DNA of 64,000 bases from the NCBI GenBank assembly GCA_002633005.1, contig NMRA01000190.1, forward strand, positions 549,157-613,156, given 5' to 3'. This document shows positions 13,501-25,359 of the stretch, one piece after another. Made by a program: the position numbers and the translations under genes. Origin of the DNA: Phoronis australis. Lineage: Eukaryota > Animalia > Phoronida. Under the pieces are notes generated by a model. That model was not told where the DNA came from. It saw only the letters and a list, made by a program, of their open reading frames with translations, and did no database searches. Numbering within the stretch: the stretch's first letter is position 1; every line of letters begins with the position of its first letter.

Positions 13501-16500
13501 TTTTGAGTATAATTAGCTTAATTTTGTCTTTCAGCCGGTCACTTCAATTACAGAAAAAACTGAAAAGATCAGTTTAGCTGGCTGCAAAAATACTGATACT
13601 GCCACCAAGTCATCAGAACGTCCTGAAAAGGTAGCATTTTCTGTTAAGATCTTCAATTTGATATACATCTTATATCCCAACTGGTGGCAACTATGAGTGC
13701 TTCTTCCCACTGGTTGGGATTAGAATAGTTGCTTTCCACAGCACTTGTACTTTTATGATAGGCTTCTTATGTTTGTGGATTAGGAACACTGACTAGCTGC
13801 ATAAGTAAATAACGACATATCTGTCCAACATTTCGGTTTATTACTCTAAACCATTGTCAAGGAAACAGTTTAAAACAGGCGACACAGGTAGAGAAGAGAC
13901 TGTACAGGTACACCTCAAAATGCATAGTGAGGGGGAGCCAGACCAGAAGTCAAAACAGTTGTAGCTCTAATTTACTTACGTGCTAATTTTAAAGCTCGTG
14001 CTTCTGTTCTGGCCTAAATCTAATGTGAACACGTCAGACTAGTTTCAGAGATAACTGGCACCAATATTCTTTCCTGTTCATTTTAGGCACTGCAGCTGTA
14101 AAGTGAAATCTTTCATTTGATATTTGAACTTATTCATTTTTCTTAACTACAGCAGTAGAAAGAAATAACGTGCATTGGAATACAGTTTCTTTGTTGATAT
14201 GTCCCGACTTCTATGCTGCGACCTGCCTGAGCAACACAATGGTGTGACTTGTCTCATGTACACCACGACTTATGAGACTGATCTTAAACACCCACTAAGA
14301 ATGCAGTGAAATTCTGTAGGTTGAATCCGACATGGCTTTTAGTACACTTTTTGCTGCATTGCTGAATATTATGATCCAAGTTCTATACAGGTAATATTTC
14401 AGGTTCGTAAAAGCCCAAGACTGCAAACCAAAAAGTTACAAAGGGATGAAAAGAGAGGCAAGAAACGAGCCGTTTCAAAAGATGACCGAGTAAGTTCATG
14501 TACTTTTGTTATGTGCTTGGAATACCCTGCTTCTTCGTAAACTTCTTGTGTGAATGTGGTAAAAAATTTCCAGTTTGGGGCAGTCTTTAGAATTTGGAAC
14601 ACGGAAATTCCTACAGGAAAGGCATTTTCCTAATAATTATTCTGGAATTTGGGTCAACAGCAATTTTGGCGTTCAATGTATTTTCAATCTACACAGCCTG
14701 AAAATGGTCATGGAAGTAAATATGTGTTTCCACCACATAACATTGGCAAGTTGGTCGTTTTTAAGCATCATTAAAAGAGATGTTGGCAGTGTCTTGTGAG
14801 TGGTTGAAGCATCCAATACCGATCAGTGATCTTGTCATCAGTGTGGAATTGCATGGTCCCTTGACTGAACAGTGCTTTTTCTGATATAGATTGTCATAAC
14901 TGCAGCAAATTAATGAAGCCACACAAGTCTGCAATGTTTATGAATGGTGAAATATTCAATGTATACAGGCAAAATTGTAAAGTACCAATTTGATTCCAAA
15001 GTTTCGGACATGGGTAATTTGCCGTGTTTCCAGTGATTCTTTAATTTGGGACAGCCAACATTGCCTATTTCAAGGATTTGGGAGAAGCTCCAACATTGAA
15101 CAAAATAATTAAATTTTTAATGTTCCAAACTGGGAATTTTTACCATATAAGTAGTTCAAGCTGGCCATCTTTAATGAATTCCACCAACCTACTGAAACTT
15201 GTGTTTACCCACTGATTATGAAAATAGGCATGACCTCTTCATGCGCGGCAGTCTAGCTCTCTCATACAGTCTGGTAAGTTACAGTAATGTCTGTCAAGTA
15301 TATCGGCGAGGACTCACATGTTGTTATGAATCCTTGAATAAGGTATATGTGCTGAAAGCTTGGATATGATGACCAGACTTGAATATGTCCCATGCGTGAA
15401 TATGTCCCAAGCTTGAATGGTGTAGACCAGGCTTGAACAATGATCGACACTTAGCCACCCAGGATCATGCAATCTGGATGAATCCCATTTAGTGTAGCAC
15501 CTCCTAGTGTTCATTTGTTTACTGAATTTTTTTGTCCTGTTACAAGATTCAGTCTTAATCTCTGGAATGTGACAGTATTTCTTAGTCCTCTCAGACAGTT
15601 GTTGAACTTTTGCTGCTTACACAAGATATCAACACTTCAGATAGGTATGGTACATCATATTTGTCTTTAGCTTTCATGACAATGTTACCAGTTCATGACG
15701 TCCCAGTTCCTTGCTTATAGTATTTGGTACTTTTTCCCATGAGGTGCATAAAGATTATATACATGGGCTAAGGTCATATTTATCATGTCTCTTCCAGTGG
15801 TATAGCATAACTTAATGTTGGCTTGGAGAATATAAGTACATACCTCCACAATAATCGCTGACTTCCTTGTTCATCTAATATGCAGTCCTGCTTTCAAAAT
15901 TTATTGCACCTACTCAATCTAATTGTAAAAGAATTACGAGTGTTATCAGGTGATATCATTCAATTATTTTGTGTCAATTTTTACACAAAAATTACCAGTA
16001 GTAGTGCTTAGATACTTGTAGTTCTTTGGAATGTATCCATCTAAAACACTGATCACTTTTGCAAACTGTTAAAGCTCATTTCATCCAGCTTAGCTAGTTA
16101 AAAATGAATTCAAATTAGGACTTTTACTCTCATAAAATTGGTTTTATAATGATGTTAATTGGGGTTGATTAACCCTAAAATTGCATATTCCAAAATGGCA
16201 CTTTTTATGTTATTTTATTGCCTGTGACTCCAGTTGGTAATGGAAATGGAATCCTATGATAGTAAGGAATATTGTGATAGGAGTTTTATGGTTTTCATTC
16301 TTTGCCAACTAAACAGGGAAAAATACAGCTTTAAGTAACAGACAAATGAACAAAGACGGTCACTTACATAATCTCTTGCCTCCTGCAAATTTGTTAGCAA
16401 AATGAGTTTATAGAGGTCACATAATCAAATTACTCTTCCTGGCGAAATGATACAAAAATCTTACTGCATTCATTGTTTGCCGTTATATGCAGTTAGCTTT

Positions 16501-16871
16501 ATGTATCTTTGAACATAGTATTTCCTTTTATAGTGAAGGTCACATAGCAACCTCTGGTATATGTTAAAATGTTACAAAAATCTAACAGCATTGAGATCAC
16601 ATAAATGCACCTTAATTGCTAATAAAAATTGCATCTTCCATAGTGAGTCAGTGATGTTGCAAGGAATCAGCTTGAAATAAACAAGGTGGTTGGTGTGGTA
16701 GTTTTAACTATTGAACTGTTCAAAATTCACCCAGTCATATGTCACCTTCAACAACTGTATGCTTTTCATTTGTAGTCGCAAACATTTGAAATTAGTGATT
16801 CCCAAGATTTCGATCAAAGACCCATCAAGCGAAGAAAGTCCAGCCAAGTTGCCCATCCAATTATGGTTTAA
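1251..16871 (+). CDS. HORMAD1: Meiotic HORMA-domain protein (HORMAD1/2, Hop1-like) with PHD finger, winged-helix domain and C-terminal closure motif; 5'-partial
   Basis: Exons 1251-1395, 4107-4207, 4616-4663, 5040-5110, 5376-5527, 6740-6843, 7103-7113, 7355-7478, 9138-9267, 9746-9846, 10447-10563, 12396-12625, 12732-12870, 13535-13630, 14403-14489, 16776-16871. All introns are GT-AG and phases are consistent (1752 nt). Translation: [48 protein letters not shown]...[13 protein letters not shown]...IESYTFKF...[19 protein letters not shown]...TPFHTVKL (HORMA); [26 protein letters not shown]...HICERC (PHD); [15 protein letters not shown] (closure-motif-like). No start exon was found in the window. 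Extra small linker exons are possible. HORMAD1 versus HORMAD2 cannot be resolved. Confidence 0.93.
2091..2590 (+). repeat. ~500 bp dispersed repeat, copy A (copy B at ~5978-6455)
   Basis: Long collinear similarity, e.g. taccatt(c/t)cctgga..gtaaaaatcaagaaatttccactat and ggttaagctggtcagagcttacagtc are shared by both copies. Confidence 0.85.
5978..6455 (+). repeat. ~500 bp dispersed repeat, copy B
   Basis: Same-orientation diverged copy of 2091-2590 in another HORMAD intron. Confidence 0.85.
7103..7113 (+). CDS. HORMAD1: 11-nt microexon of the HORMAD gene (encodes PFH-T)
   Basis: ttttctactttcag|CCTTTCCACAC|gtgagt. It bridges the phase-0 end at 6843 and the phase-2 start at 7355 and restores the conserved TPFH motif. 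Confidence 0.9.
7522..7562. repeat. (ATA)n microsatellite
   Basis: Visible ataataata... run; it explains the spurious poly-Ile ORF. Confidence 0.95.
14557..15145. mobile_element. MITE with ~25 bp imperfect TIRs (CAGTTTGGGACA family)
   Basis: Left tggtaaaaaatttccagtttggggca, right tgttccaaactgggaatttttacca. Related cagtttgggaca/aattcaagccaaaattgaat motifs occur at ~13065-13255, ~51970-52165 (reverse) and ~54888-55245. Confidence 0.65.
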
Positions 16872-17208
16872 CAGAAGTCATAAAATTTTACTAACAGTTA
16901 TTGTTGCTAATGTTGAGATTATGTTTCGAGTATGTCTGAAATATGCGCTGTTCCTTTATTTCTTTCTAAGTGTGATTATGAACGGTATATTAAGTTTTAA
17001 ACATAAACCCTTATGTATTTCAATCGTGAGTTTCATAATAATGCCTTTTCTGTTTTTTAGAAAACTTGCTTATCTTGTTGCAATGTTAAGGGTTGTTTGC
17101 TATATTGCATAATATGTTTTAACCAGGCTTTTTAGTTTCTATAATGCTCTTGTCCCATTGTGCACTGTCACCAGTTTGTTGTTAAATGTTGGTTGCCATA
17201 TTTGTTAC

Positions 17209-17214
17209 AATAAA
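17209..17214 (+). terminator. Putative poly(A) signal of HORMAD
   Basis: First AATAAA I found after the stop at 16871, followed by a T-rich stretch. Confidence 0.55.
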
Positions 17215-17247
17215 CCATTATAAACAGTCCTTTTACATTTAGAATAA

Positions 17248-17253
17248 TTTATT
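17248..17253 (-). terminator. Putative poly(A) signal of the FAM124 gene
   Basis: tttatt on + is AATAAA on -, ~870 nt downstream of the FAM124 stop. Confidence 0.45.
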
Positions 17254-17622
17254 TTTACAGAACACTCATCTCTGATATGAGTGGTTACCTAAGTATTTCA
17301 TGAGCACATTTAGGGTATACAGCTGTATGTGAAGTGCCTATATCCAAGGCTTGGCGTGCTTGCCTATATAATAATTTAAATTAATTATTCACAACAGACA
17401 TAAAACTTCGTGTGTAAGACATGGCCATATTCAGGAGAGGTCCATCTGTCCTTTTACGTGAATTTTTGGTTCGTGGCTGTCACCAACACTTAATCATAAG
17501 CAAATTTTTGTAAAAATGCACATTTCAAATTAGTTGCATGAGAATAAATATGCACGGGTATGCACACTAAGACATATTTCTGGGATGTCTTCAAGAATAA
17601 GTGCATGTCGTGCACTATCACA

Positions 17623-17874
17623 GCATGCGCGCACTCAGGGGGGGCTCAAATGAGCCCCCCATTCGGCGAAGTGGGCAAAAAGTTCGGCCTGCGAGAAACA
17701 AAAAGTCCGAGAAAATGGACAGAGTCCGCTAAACAAGCACTAACGCGCAATTCACAGTGGTGCGTCCGGGTTTTTTTTTTTTTTTTTATAGTCCGCCGGC
17801 TATTTTGTTACCAATAGGTCCACGACGTTAGGAATTCGAGCCCCCCCCATATTGAAGGCTGGGTGCGCGCATGC
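17623..17874. mobile_element. 252 bp MITE in the predicted FAM124 3' UTR
   Basis: TIRs gcatgcgcgcactcag / ctgggtgcgcgcatgc, flanked on both sides by caca (candidate 4-bp TSD), with internal G/C runs. Confidence 0.75.
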
Positions 17875-18122
17875 CACACACGGACCATTTCTCTTATCGT
17901 GAGCGCAAAGTTAGCAAAACGTTAACTTGGATATGGAACACGACCACTAAAAGGCCAGCCAGAGATTGTTCTCCAGAAAACTCAACAAAAAAACCTTTGA
18001 AAGTCAATTCTTAAAACTGAATATCCTTTGTAGAGTAAGTTACTTTTGAACAGTTTTTAGAAAGTTAGTTGAAGCTTAAGTTGTATTGCACCATTTGAAC
18101 GTGAGATGCCTGGGTAAGAATA

Positions 18123-21008
18123 TTAAAACCTCGCACCCAGACCTTCGGTCTTAGGCACTGTACTTTCTTTCTGCGGGTTTGAATTCGAATTTAACACCCT
18201 TCTTATTCTCTGGTCTAACCTGAGGTGCGTTTTAGTCCCACTTTGGCCTTCTAGTCTGGTCGGTAGTGTTTTCAGTAATTTGTTCATTGTCTCAGTTGGT
18301 ATTCGTTGGTTATTCGCCGATCTGTCCGATCCGTTGTGATAATTCGTAAGCACAGCACCACTACTAACTGTTCTTCCACGGGCCATCCGTTGATTTATGC
18401 GCTCGTTTTCGTCATTTTCGAGAATCGTGCTTTTTAACTTGCTCACTGTTAATTCCACAGGAACCGTAGTCAGTGATTTACTCCTGCCAAATGGGTTTTC
18501 CTGCTGGGTTTTATAACTGTCTGTATTTGGTTCATTTATTAAACTGCCTTCGCACCTTGGAGCTGTTTCCAAGTACGTTGGGCTTGCGTGTTGCCAGGAT
18601 TCTTGGGATACAGATACTTCACTTTCTTTGGCGTTTTGTTGTAGTTGCTTTGCTGATGTCATATTGCATTTCACGTTTGGACCTTTTAAAGAATCACCAG
18701 TTTGCTGTGAACTCTGGCTCAGTTTAAGATTTATTGCTTTGGCTCGGTCACGTACACTGATAACGGGTTCAGGAACGTTTTCATGTTCATACTGTTCAGA
18801 GTAAGGAACTAGTTCATTAACATTTTTCTGTTCGTAGTGTTCAGAAGACAATTTTGCATCAACTTTAATTGTAGGGTCATTGTTCTTGTTCATTTTACGT
18901 TTCGTTGGGGTAGGTCTCGCACGTGGACTTTCAGGTGTATTACTTAAACCTTTTTGCCTCGGAGTTGGCTTAGGAGGTACATCCCGTCCAGCACGGATTT
19001 CGTTTTTGTTGTCAGCTACCTCGTCGCTAAGATTTCTCGCAGGGTATTCGTAGATTGTCTCAACCATTTGTTGATATGTTGAGTTGAATTCATTACTTTC
19101 CCCCTGATCACTCGTACTATATCTCCCTGAGTCGAAACTATCTGCTATGCTGCGATTGTCTTCAAGTGTGAGTCGAGCTCGTGGCGATGTTTTCGTCTCG
19201 TTCCCTATCTGTTCAAGCACAACCAAATTTCCATCAGGATCCAGCACACAGTAAACACCATCGTTCATTTGTAATATTTTACTCGATGTTACAGATTTCA
19301 GTTCTTTTACATTTCTTATTCGAAACCTCAGTGCTGCCGATTTTAGTGCAAATGGTATAATCCTTTCAGATCGTTTCAATGCCAACTGAATATCAAGTCC
19401 CGGTTGCGAGTATATTGGAAACATACAAAAACCACTCCTCGTGCACTCTCCTTCCTTCCCCGTCAATACCCTATAAAACTCCACCATGGCTGCGAAACGT
19501 CTCGTAAAGATATTGAATCTTAAATGCTCGTTTCCGTAATGGATAGATCCAACAGACCATAGGGGTAAATCTTGTCCCAGTGTGTAGTAATCTTGTTTTG
19601 CAATTGTTTTTGGTGTTCCTTTTTGAAGTTTCGAAAGCTCTATTTTATGGTGAAATTCCCACGAGTCTGATAGCAGGGCTTCTGTAGCCTCTTGTGGCGT
19701 TAGCGAAGGACTATTTTCATCAAGAAATAATAAGATTGCGATGGCAGGACTTTCGATGTATTCGCCTTCGTCCAGTTCGTAAAAATGGCTGTCGTTTGCT
19801 GTCTTCCCGCATCCTTGATATTCCTGAATAAAATTGTTCTGCTTCGATAACGACACTAGCTCAAAAGCGGGGTCTATGCCTGAAACGAACAGAAGTCAAT
19901 TAGATCCGTACGTGAAAGTTCGTGTGATCAAAAGAGGCTCTTGTTTAACCATGACGATATACTTTTTCATCAAATGAAGTAATTTTGTGTTTGAGACATT
20001 CAAGATAGAGTGAATCAAACATCTCGTCGGAGCAAAAAGACAACGAATGATACGTCAGCTGATAATGTCTCTCCGTTAACTTAATTCGCATGATTCTTCG
20101 TGGAAACTCGCTTGAGAATGCAGGATGACTATAGTAATTGTAACTGCAACGATTCGTTGTCCGCGTTTTCTGCTCTAGTCGCGATATGTCCTTTTGCTCA
20201 TTTTCAAATTTCCTTCTCACATGACTTATATAGCATAATCGCTACGGGATTAACAAACTGTCATAAAAGTGCAGAGGGAAAATTGGAAAATTTGCAGTTC
20301 TGCGAAGAGTATTTTTAGAATTAGTGTTCGTAAACATTTGTGAATTTCTATGTGCATGAAATAATGTAAAATACCGGCTAACAACAATAAAAACAACAAT
20401 AATTGCAAGCAATCGCCTTCAATATTTTCAAACTGGTGTTCCTTTGCATCGAATCCGGGCATTAAATAAAAAACAGCAGGGTTACCGCGATCAGTTAGTG
20501 CGATCGATGTTAGTCGTGTCGCGATAAACATGGTCAATTGTTGAAGTGACCGAGATATTTGACTAATTACTATTAGCTTTGATAAGAGATCAACATATCG
20601 TTCAGTATTGGTTATCTAAAACAAGTATGGACTTGTTAGTTTTTATAATCATCATAACATGTTGGTGTCAACACCAATAAACCCAATTACAACGAGTTTT
20701 GCATACCGTTGCCAAAGGATTTAAGCAACGAGTCATTCCGGCATACGTAATAAACGACTATTAATGTTGTAAATTGAATACAAATGATGGATTAAACGAT
20801 TTTGTCATCAGCGGCCGTTCGAAGTAGTTCATGAGTATGATTGCACTGGCTGTACATGTACGCAGCCGAACAACTTGACATGAACACAAACTTGCAGTAA
20901 CGTGTATAGCTTACCCACTAATAACGGTGAGAGGATGCGCTGAAGCGCATCTCTGTTCTTGCCTCCTCGTATTTCTAATACACATTGGTATGGATCTTGG
21001 TATTCCAT
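18123..21008 (-). CDS. FAM124: FAM124 family protein (616 aa, 2 coding exons)
   Basis: Exon 1 21008-20915 (MEYQDPYQCVLEIRGGKNRDALQRILSPLLV; in-frame TAA upstream; gtaagc donor). Exon 2 19879-18123 (IDPAFELVSLS...PAIAILLFL...WEFHHKIEL...QDYYTL...LPLWSV..IHYGNEHLRF...FYRVLTG...FCMF.IYSQPGLDIQLALK...DPDGNLVVL), followed by a long low-complexity tail. Confidence 0.88.
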
Positions 21009-21462
21009 AGTGCCGTGCGTAGCTGGTTACTGGCGCTGTCTCGGTGCGAGTGATGTCTTGGTTTACACGACTCTGACTGAAATCACGATAATGCTCGGTA
21101 CGCTGGTTTCGTGTTTACTTAGTCGCGCGGATGTTTGCTCACAACCCTAAAATTAAAGAGATAAGCCTTAGCGAAGAGGATTTTGAAGTGTTTGAAATCC
21201 AGCTAATTTTAAGTGCATATTAATTGCTCCATTCGTCTAAAATCCTAGCATCACGGAGACCATTTTATCTGACAGTACTGAGTAAAAGACACTATGTGAA
21301 CAAAAAAACGGTCGGTTTGCGTCCGAAATTGCCAGCCAATGACTAATGTTCAAGTGGTGTTAGGTTTTCCAAACTACCCAGACATCAAATGAAAATTCAA
21401 ACAAAACGTCTGAATTAATTAGGAATCGATTCTCCATAAAGGTCACGTTGAAGTTTTCACTG

Positions 21463-21470
21463 TGACGTCA
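21463..21470. promoter_or_regulatory. Palindromic CRE site upstream of FAM124, with nearby forkhead-like TGTTTAC sites
   Basis: TGACGTCA lies ~455 bp upstream of the ATG; tgtttac at ~21112 and ~21511. Motif match only. Confidence 0.3.
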
Positions 21471-24400
21471 CTGCAGAGGCCACGACACGGTCCTACTGTT
21501 TTACTAACTTGTTTACATGCGGAGTGCATATTTAACTCATGACATTTAAAACAGTCAAATGCTGACACATGAAAGCCAGACGCTAGAAAGTATTATCTAA
21601 AGCTAATTCAATCATCGTCTTCCTAAAGGAAGTTATTTTCAAATATTTTGAACAATTTGTCTGGCGAAAAAAGACTACTTAACTTCTCCCACAAGTAATG
21701 ATTATTATAGCTAACCATGGGTCAAATAATACAACGGTCCATGTTAATTTTATGGCCTTGTAAAGCCTCGTATAGAATGTATTGGTAAACGAGCCAATCA
21801 AAAGTCCGAATGAGATCTATTAAATGTGTTGAAGCGAATATAAACTTTATTTCGGTTAACTGAAGCTGGTTAAGTATACTACAAAGTGTTAGATCAACAT
21901 AGCTGCATTGTTGTCGAACTGGTAAATATACCTGGCAAATATGGCGAACACGACCGCCTGTAAATTTAGTGTTTTCTCTCAATACACGCACTGGAAGTAA
22001 TGTGAATAGTGCAATATTTAAATCACATCTTGTTCGTCAAATTCGTTGCCGTATTGGATTTCTTATCATGTGTGAAGGTAAAATTAGTAGACAATTTCGA
22101 ATTCTAAAAAAATCTTGTGAATTTTGTCATCAACTGGTTCGTTATTCCGACTAATCTTCAATCTCTCAAATGCATCTAACTAAGACGGAGTTCAGAGATC
22201 ACCACAGGTCACATAGCCTTCATTTGTCCAGGGCCCTTCCCGGAAACAAAGGCACTTATCCATGGTTTACGCCTCATTAATCCCGCACGAATAAGTCACC
22301 GACTAGTGGCGAAAGGATAATCTTGTAAACACAGATTCTCAGTGTTACGCTTGACGGATGGCCAAGACACCTGGTGACCACAGCCAACCGCGGAAGTCTA
22401 CCATTCAGAAATTCCCGTCGCACGGATTGTTTGATCGCGAATAAATATTGCCAAAACACTGAATCTTCAGTCGTAATGACTACCTTATATTTTTAAGTTG
22501 AGACGGAACTTTTTCAGCTTAGCCGCATCACCGATGCCATGCCAGTCGTTGTAAGCACTAACAAAAACATTCAACCAAAATCTAATTTCAAGGTAATCTT
22601 TCGTCCTGGCGTAAATATGGAAACACTTCATGGCGCCCAATTACATCAACGCACCTTGCCCCAAGTTGGCTAAAGGGAAAAGGTTACACGAAGCTCACTG
22701 CACTCTACCTTGTCAACGTGTCGACAAGACGACGTACCATGTCCTAGAAAAGAAACATCTAGTCAAACAGTATAAGTGCACGTAATTGGATTATAATCTC
22801 TTAATTTGATACCCATTCTGTTTACAATAACAATCTCAAATCCGACCCGTCCCTGTGAACAAATGCGACATACATGAGTAAACATGCTTTTGTTGCTGAG
22901 ATTCTTGTGAAAGATTGCCACTACATAGATAAGATATTTAACAGACTCAGTCGAGGGGATAACAGGCCAAGCGAAACATGACACAAAACGTGATGAAATT
23001 CCACCTGACAATCGGATCAGTGTTGCTTATCTGGCGAAAACCTCATACCTAGGAATCAGCACTGGTTCCTGGCTTATACTAAGAGGCATAATAAGAAATG
23101 GCGTGCGAGATTTCATTACTAAGTCCGATTGCGTGAGTTCAGGCTAAGTTCAAGCCCGGAATCTTTTATGAGAAGCCTTGTGTAACAAAGATGCAAACTC
23201 CGCAATTCTTGAAGGAACAATGAACCCAGGCTGCGCCTTCTCTCGAAAAACAACTTTTGATTTCGGCCACTTGACTCTACGTCATCATCCTCGCCTACTC
23301 AGTCTACGCTCAGAGAAAAACAGTTCGTTATTGCTCGAGTGCAGGCTCCTGAAGTTAGTGTGTTATGGTGGGCACGCTTCAGCCTCCCCGCACACCGAGC
23401 AGTTTGACGGACGGTCAAGATGACTTCTTGCTTTGGCAGAATAAATACCCATGGAGAAAATCTCTTTTGACACAAAATCATGTCAGACAATTCTTAAATC
23501 TTTTCAGTCGGATTATCTATTCTGAAACAAGTAACCACGCCATTATTTCCGTAAGATTCCCTTTAGTTCAGTTCTAAGCGGCATTCTGTACGTCAGTCAA
23601 TACGTTGGCGTAGGTAGACTTCAGGATAAGGGTAACGTTCAGTTATGACTTACCTTGTGGGCAATACATAATAATGGGACGTTTGATATCTAACAAACCA
23701 ACAAACTTACCTCCCAAGTTCACGGCCCTTGTATGCCTCTCCTCGGGTATCGTTTCTTTTTTTCCACGTGTAAAATTCCTCGCATACATTACTGTTTATT
23801 AAAGACGCGTTCTCTGTTTCCTATTTGTAAGCAGCTGTATGTAATGCATGCATCCAATAAGAAATTCCAGTCTTGCTTTGAAAGGGTTTTGTTACAAGAA
23901 AAATGGCTTATGTTTGTTCAAGTGCCGTTCAGCGTATGTAACATTTGAAGTGAGAAATGTATAATGATGTTTAATAGGCCACCAGTTCACGGCGTATTGT
24001 TTTCATAGTTGCCGACTTGGAAAATCGTATGTTTACGGTTTCCGATTCTTGTGTTGAAGTGGACATAAGTCTAGTAAAACAATTAGTAACAACTGTAACG
24101 ACATAATCGCTATTGTGTGAACGCTGTGCCAGTCTAAGGCTTAGCCTTCAACGATTTACACAATACAGCGAAAGTCTAATTTGTTATCATCGCAATCGGT
24201 GGTAGTTATGATAGTGATTGGCGTTAATCATCATCATCAACAACGATCTCGTCCCAGTCATGACGTTATCTCGCGAGCAAATGTGCTCGAGTGAGGTTGT
24301 AAAAATATACTTGGGTGCCTTCGCTGGCGAAACAGCATGCCAGTTTATCGAAAGTGTTTATAAGGAGTGCAGTACATAATTGCCTGTATTGTATACCATT

Positions 24401-25359
24401 ATTCACGAAATCTTCCGCTGTCGAATCCGCCAGTCAAAAATACAATTTTTGAGGTCACCTATAAACAGTAATATATGAAAGAGTACCCCTGGTTGTAGGT
24501 TTTACTGTAATGCGACTTCTAACTTATAGCAAAACCGCGAGTAAAATAAGTTTGTTGTTTGCCATTTTGTGAACATTCAAAACTCCTAAACGAATTATCT
24601 ATGAAATTAAGAACTTATAGAAAACACTAAAATCTTAATTCGAATCTCTTTTCGTAATCAAATATTGTCCGCTATAAGAAGTTGGCTAATGTTCAGAAAC
24701 CTAACGTCCGATAAGTGTTAATACAACAGAGAAATAGATTTGAATCGACTACGCTCTATACTTTGTTGTGCACCTTTTCAAAATTCCTGCTCTGCAATTA
24801 CCAATTATCGAACGTGATCAAACCTAAAGGTTCAAAAAAAACCTTCTGAGTCTAGAGAGATTAGCCAAAAGACACGTCATACAAATTTTGACTTGCCACT
24901 ATAACCTATCCCTACACAGACACATTATTGGGGATATGGGGAGCCCTGAGTGTGTCCCGAGTGTGGTACTGACGTTGAAACCCCTAAACACCTGGTAGAG
25001 TCTTGTCCAGCTTTTTATAGGCTAAGGAACAACCTACTGGATGGCACTGCCTACAACATATAGTGCAAGGCAACAAATGGAAACGTCTGTCCGTTTTCTT
25101 AAAAGAGACAGGCAGACTTGAAAACTTCCTTAACGAAGAACCAAAACAGGGCTCACGTGCTTTTGGCTCAGGTGTTTTCTGCAATGGGCCCAACCATGAG
25201 GCATGCACACGTCTGATGCACCATCCGACCACCTGCACTGTTTTTTTATGATCCGTGTTTCATAGATCATTAGGTTATTGAATTAAACTTTTCCACGCTG
25301 GTGTTTCAGTTATACTGTACATTCAGCCTACATTCTATAGTTTTCAAAATGTCCAAGTC

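Noticed and set aside
15230-15950. Degenerate LINE remnant on the minus strand
   Set aside because: Only faint motifs (PGWLSV; an NxYAP-like stretch) in broken frames; too weak to annotate.
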